The notes under the pieces are model-generated. The model saw only the letters and a list, made by a program, of their open reading frames with translations. It was not told the DNA's origin and did not search any database. Source: Phoronis australis (lineage: Eukaryota; Animalia; Phoronida). From it: a stretch of 64,000 bases of DNA. The position numbers and the translations under genes were made by a program. Below, piece by piece: positions 60,901 to 64,000 of this stretch. Location of the stretch: contig NMRA01000009.1 in NCBI GenBank assembly GCA_002633005.1, forward strand, positions 729,169 to 793,168, read 5' to 3'. Position 1 is the first letter of the stretch, and each line of letters opens with the position of its first letter.

Positions 60901-61894
60901 CATCAAAAGACTACTTCATAGAAATTATTATAGAACCGCCGTAGGAATTAAAATGTCGTCCACTGACTACATTTTTTACTTTTCCAAGTTACAACTGAGA
61001 TATTTAACAAATGCACCGGTCATGTAGGCGCTCACGTAATTTCGCCACACTCGCTGATCAGGGATGGAAACCATTCTATGACTGCGCCTCTTAATTCCAG
61101 CTTCGATCCTCTAAATTTTAGTCCAAGACCAGCAAACAACAAATCGAGGTATATGTTCCAGGCCTGCGTCCCTAAATTCTACCGAACATGCTCGGTGACC
61201 TTTGGGCGGGGGTAATGAGTTTTAACCGCGGGTTCGGTATTTGCTGATCCGGGGTTGATGTTCAGGGGATCTAAGCTAGAGTTTAGAAGCGCGTTCATGG
61301 AATCATTTGTCCACCCCTGCTGATAGCACTGAAAAAAGTAGTTCTTCCCACGAAGCTGCAGAAAAGCGTTAAGTTATTGCACACCAAACCACATGGGGGC
61401 GCATCACGTGAGTTTTAGCCATACTATAAATTCAGCGTATTTACAGACTAATTTACCAATAAGATCCTTTTCGGTCATTTCAGAATGCCCTAGTCATGCA
61501 CTTTATGTAAGTCAAAGATTGATAAAGCGAGATTTACATGCCAAGCAAACATTCTTCGTTGACAATTTGCCTGCACGGTGATGAATAGGCAAGTCAAGTG
61601 CGTTCTAAAAGTAGATGTAATTATTTTATAATAATATACATAGCACCGTAATATAATCTCGAGAATCGTCAAATGTAAACCACAACAATACATTTGATAT
61701 AGCTAAAATCGTGGTATTTACAATAAATTTACCCGTGGTCAATGAATTTTGTCGACATCACCAATTGATTTTTCTCTACCTTCGCAGCCAACACAAAAAC
61801 TTGGTAGCCAGATATTGAAAACGTCAGATTACTAAGAGTACTCCATAGTTAGCATCAGGAGTATGATTTTCTAACATTTCTACAGTTGTTTCAC

Positions 61895-62120
61895 AGCCAA
61901 TAGGCGGGACCTCAGCATCTCTCCTGCTTGAATACGGCACCAGACAGCGCAGCGTCGGCTCGACCCAGATGAGAAGGGTAGTAGGAAGTATCTGGAAAAA
62001 AACATTACTGTTAAAAGCTAAGGAGGATGGTGAAGGTAAATCTGACTAAGGACGCTTGTCCTTATGATGATGGTGAAGATGAAGACACCGGTAGTGAGTC
62101 GATTATTCTGACGGTTATGT
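61895..62120 (+). other. Possible promoter and first exon of a downstream gene
   Basis: CCAAT and GGCGGG at 61898-61907; gaggATGG at 62027 (MVKVNLTKDACPYDDGEDEDTG…); candidate donors GTAAAT at 62036 and GTGAGT at 62094. Confidence 0.3.
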
Positions 62121-63897
62121 AACAAGTATACGTTATGAAAGAAACTACGCGCCGAATAGTGCTATTATTCTCGTCTTCGAAATGTTTGTACTGACCTTCT
62201 TTATGAAGTTACTGCACACAACATGAGTGCATCAAGTGCGCGCCAAATTGAAAAGTTTCAAACAAGTTTGATCTCATTAAATTCCTTTTGTCAACGTGTT
62301 TATTTAGTAAACGCTTATCTACTCACTTATAGCGCCGTATCTCCAGGCAGAAGGGTCGCCATAGGGCCCTGAACTGTGGTATTGACTGTACGGTCCGTAC
62401 GACGAGTACTCACTCGCTGAAATTATAGCAACGTATTAGGCGGAACATTGGTATTTTGGCTGTTAAAAAGTATCTAACGTTGGCTTATTAAGCAATTCAC
62501 AGGTGATCGCCGACATCAGGAGCGAATGTTGTTATAGGATTGATTGCTGATTGACAAAAATTGTAAAATGTAGGCATGTGATAAAAACTGATAGCCATTA
62601 ATGGACAGGGTAATCTGTAAATGTGACTGCAATATAAGACAGCGTGCATGGCTATTGTTCTGATGAGGGTTTTTCAACTAGACTCATATTTGAGTTATTT
62701 ACTGTTTAACATAGAAAAGCACTTTACGACGAATTTTATTGCTAAATTATATCCACGGATATAAAAGATTTGTAAAATCTTAATTTAAAATTCAAATAAC
62801 TGTTTTTGCTTTACACCTGACAGTAGTGTGTCAATATGACCCAGTTGAGAGTACTATGTTTCCACAGGTGTTCTCTCCTTGTGCCATCAAATTGGTTCCT
62901 CCAGGCAAGTGATATCAAAGCCACTCGGGGCATCTTTACAATTTCGGCATGTTTAATTCCAGTATCCAAAATAACCCAGTTTGTATTCGCACCACACAAA
63001 ACAAGCACTCATTTAATTTCAAATTTATGTAATTTCCCAGAATTTGTTTCAAAAGATTTAGATTTTAGGTCGAATAGTTATTTGACACCTGTTACCATAA
63101 GTTCACGTGGGGGCGAAAGCGAACACAAATAGCAATTTTGGTCTAGCTTATGAACAATGCGACGCTGATAGTTTACAATTTCGAGAAAGTTTGTGTTTCC
63201 CTATAAAAATATTCGCTGTTTATTTTCTCATTGAATCTTAATCGGATTGTCACGAGTCGAATTCAATGAGTAGAGTATTATGTGCGCGAGACCAAGCCAG
63301 TATTCTATTACAAAGTGACAGTCTAGGTACAGTTCGATTGTAATAGTCCAAAGTAATCTTCTAGCACTTGCTTTCGTAACTAGAACCTAAACGCTTTTAT
63401 ACGGCTTTGGGATCAATTTAATTGGTTTGTAAATATTTTATATCGGTAAGTGCAAGAATCAAAACAATGTCAAAATACATTCACATTACTGATCGAAGCA
63501 GTCAGTGGGATTGGTACGGGAGAGAATTGAACGGAATAACCGAATGCCCCGTGCCTTGAGGTAAAATCATTGAATTACTCAAAAAAGTAAATCAACCTTC
63601 TGTTTTTTTCTCATAATTTAAAAAAATGAGCAAATGGCACAATTCCTACAAGAACGAGTTCAGTATGATATTCTCAATAATTTGTTATATGTGAAAACAT
63701 ATCTTACGAATTTTTGTCGTACAGTGAGAGACACAAGTTAAGAACGCAAGTCACAAAATGGCTGATTTAAACCAGTGCTGGTTTACGGTTCACGGTTTCG
63801 GGCAAATGCCTCTTAAAAGAACAAAACGTTATGAAGACTGGAGAGCCTTTCACATTGGTATAAAAATTACCTGAACGTAAGCCTGACATTTTTAGAC

Positions 63898-64000
63898 CAT
63901 TTCTATACCAGTGTGAACAAGTGAAAATGGTCAAACTGTTATCTGAGTCATTTCTATACCAGTGTGAACAAGTGAAAATGGTCAAACTGTTATCTGAGTC
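63898..64000. repeat. 51-bp tandem repeat at the window end
   Basis: catttctataccagtgtgaacaagtgaaaatggtcaaactgttatctgagt x2. Confidence 0.85.

Overview
Eukaryotic, AT-rich, repeat-rich animal (probably invertebrate) DNA with spliceosomal introns. Most of the supplied ORF track is repeat-derived noise. Two genes lie head-to-head around a compact promoter at about 20620-20860. (1) A minus-strand six-exon gene (20619->8362, about 927 aa) encodes a largely disordered Arg/Ser/Asp-rich protein that I cannot name. (2) A plus-strand MELK kinase gene (coding 25035-47823) has 13 coding exons traced with consistent phases; the DFG/activation-loop exons are missing and probably lie in the N gap at 39017-39658. 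The introns hold many mobile elements: a complete ~1 kb miniature LTR retroelement (tRNA-Lys PBS, PPT, 4-bp TSD), an LTR-like antisense promoter with perfect heat-shock elements, Helentron-type elements built from ~148-bp subunits each carrying a CTCF-like motif, two decayed Kolobok-like THAP transposons, hAT-like MITEs with 6-bp TSDs, foldback elements, a tRNA-derived SINE and many minisatellites. One minisatellite copies a MELK exon end plus its splice donor nine times. All calls come from manual reading; no database search was run.
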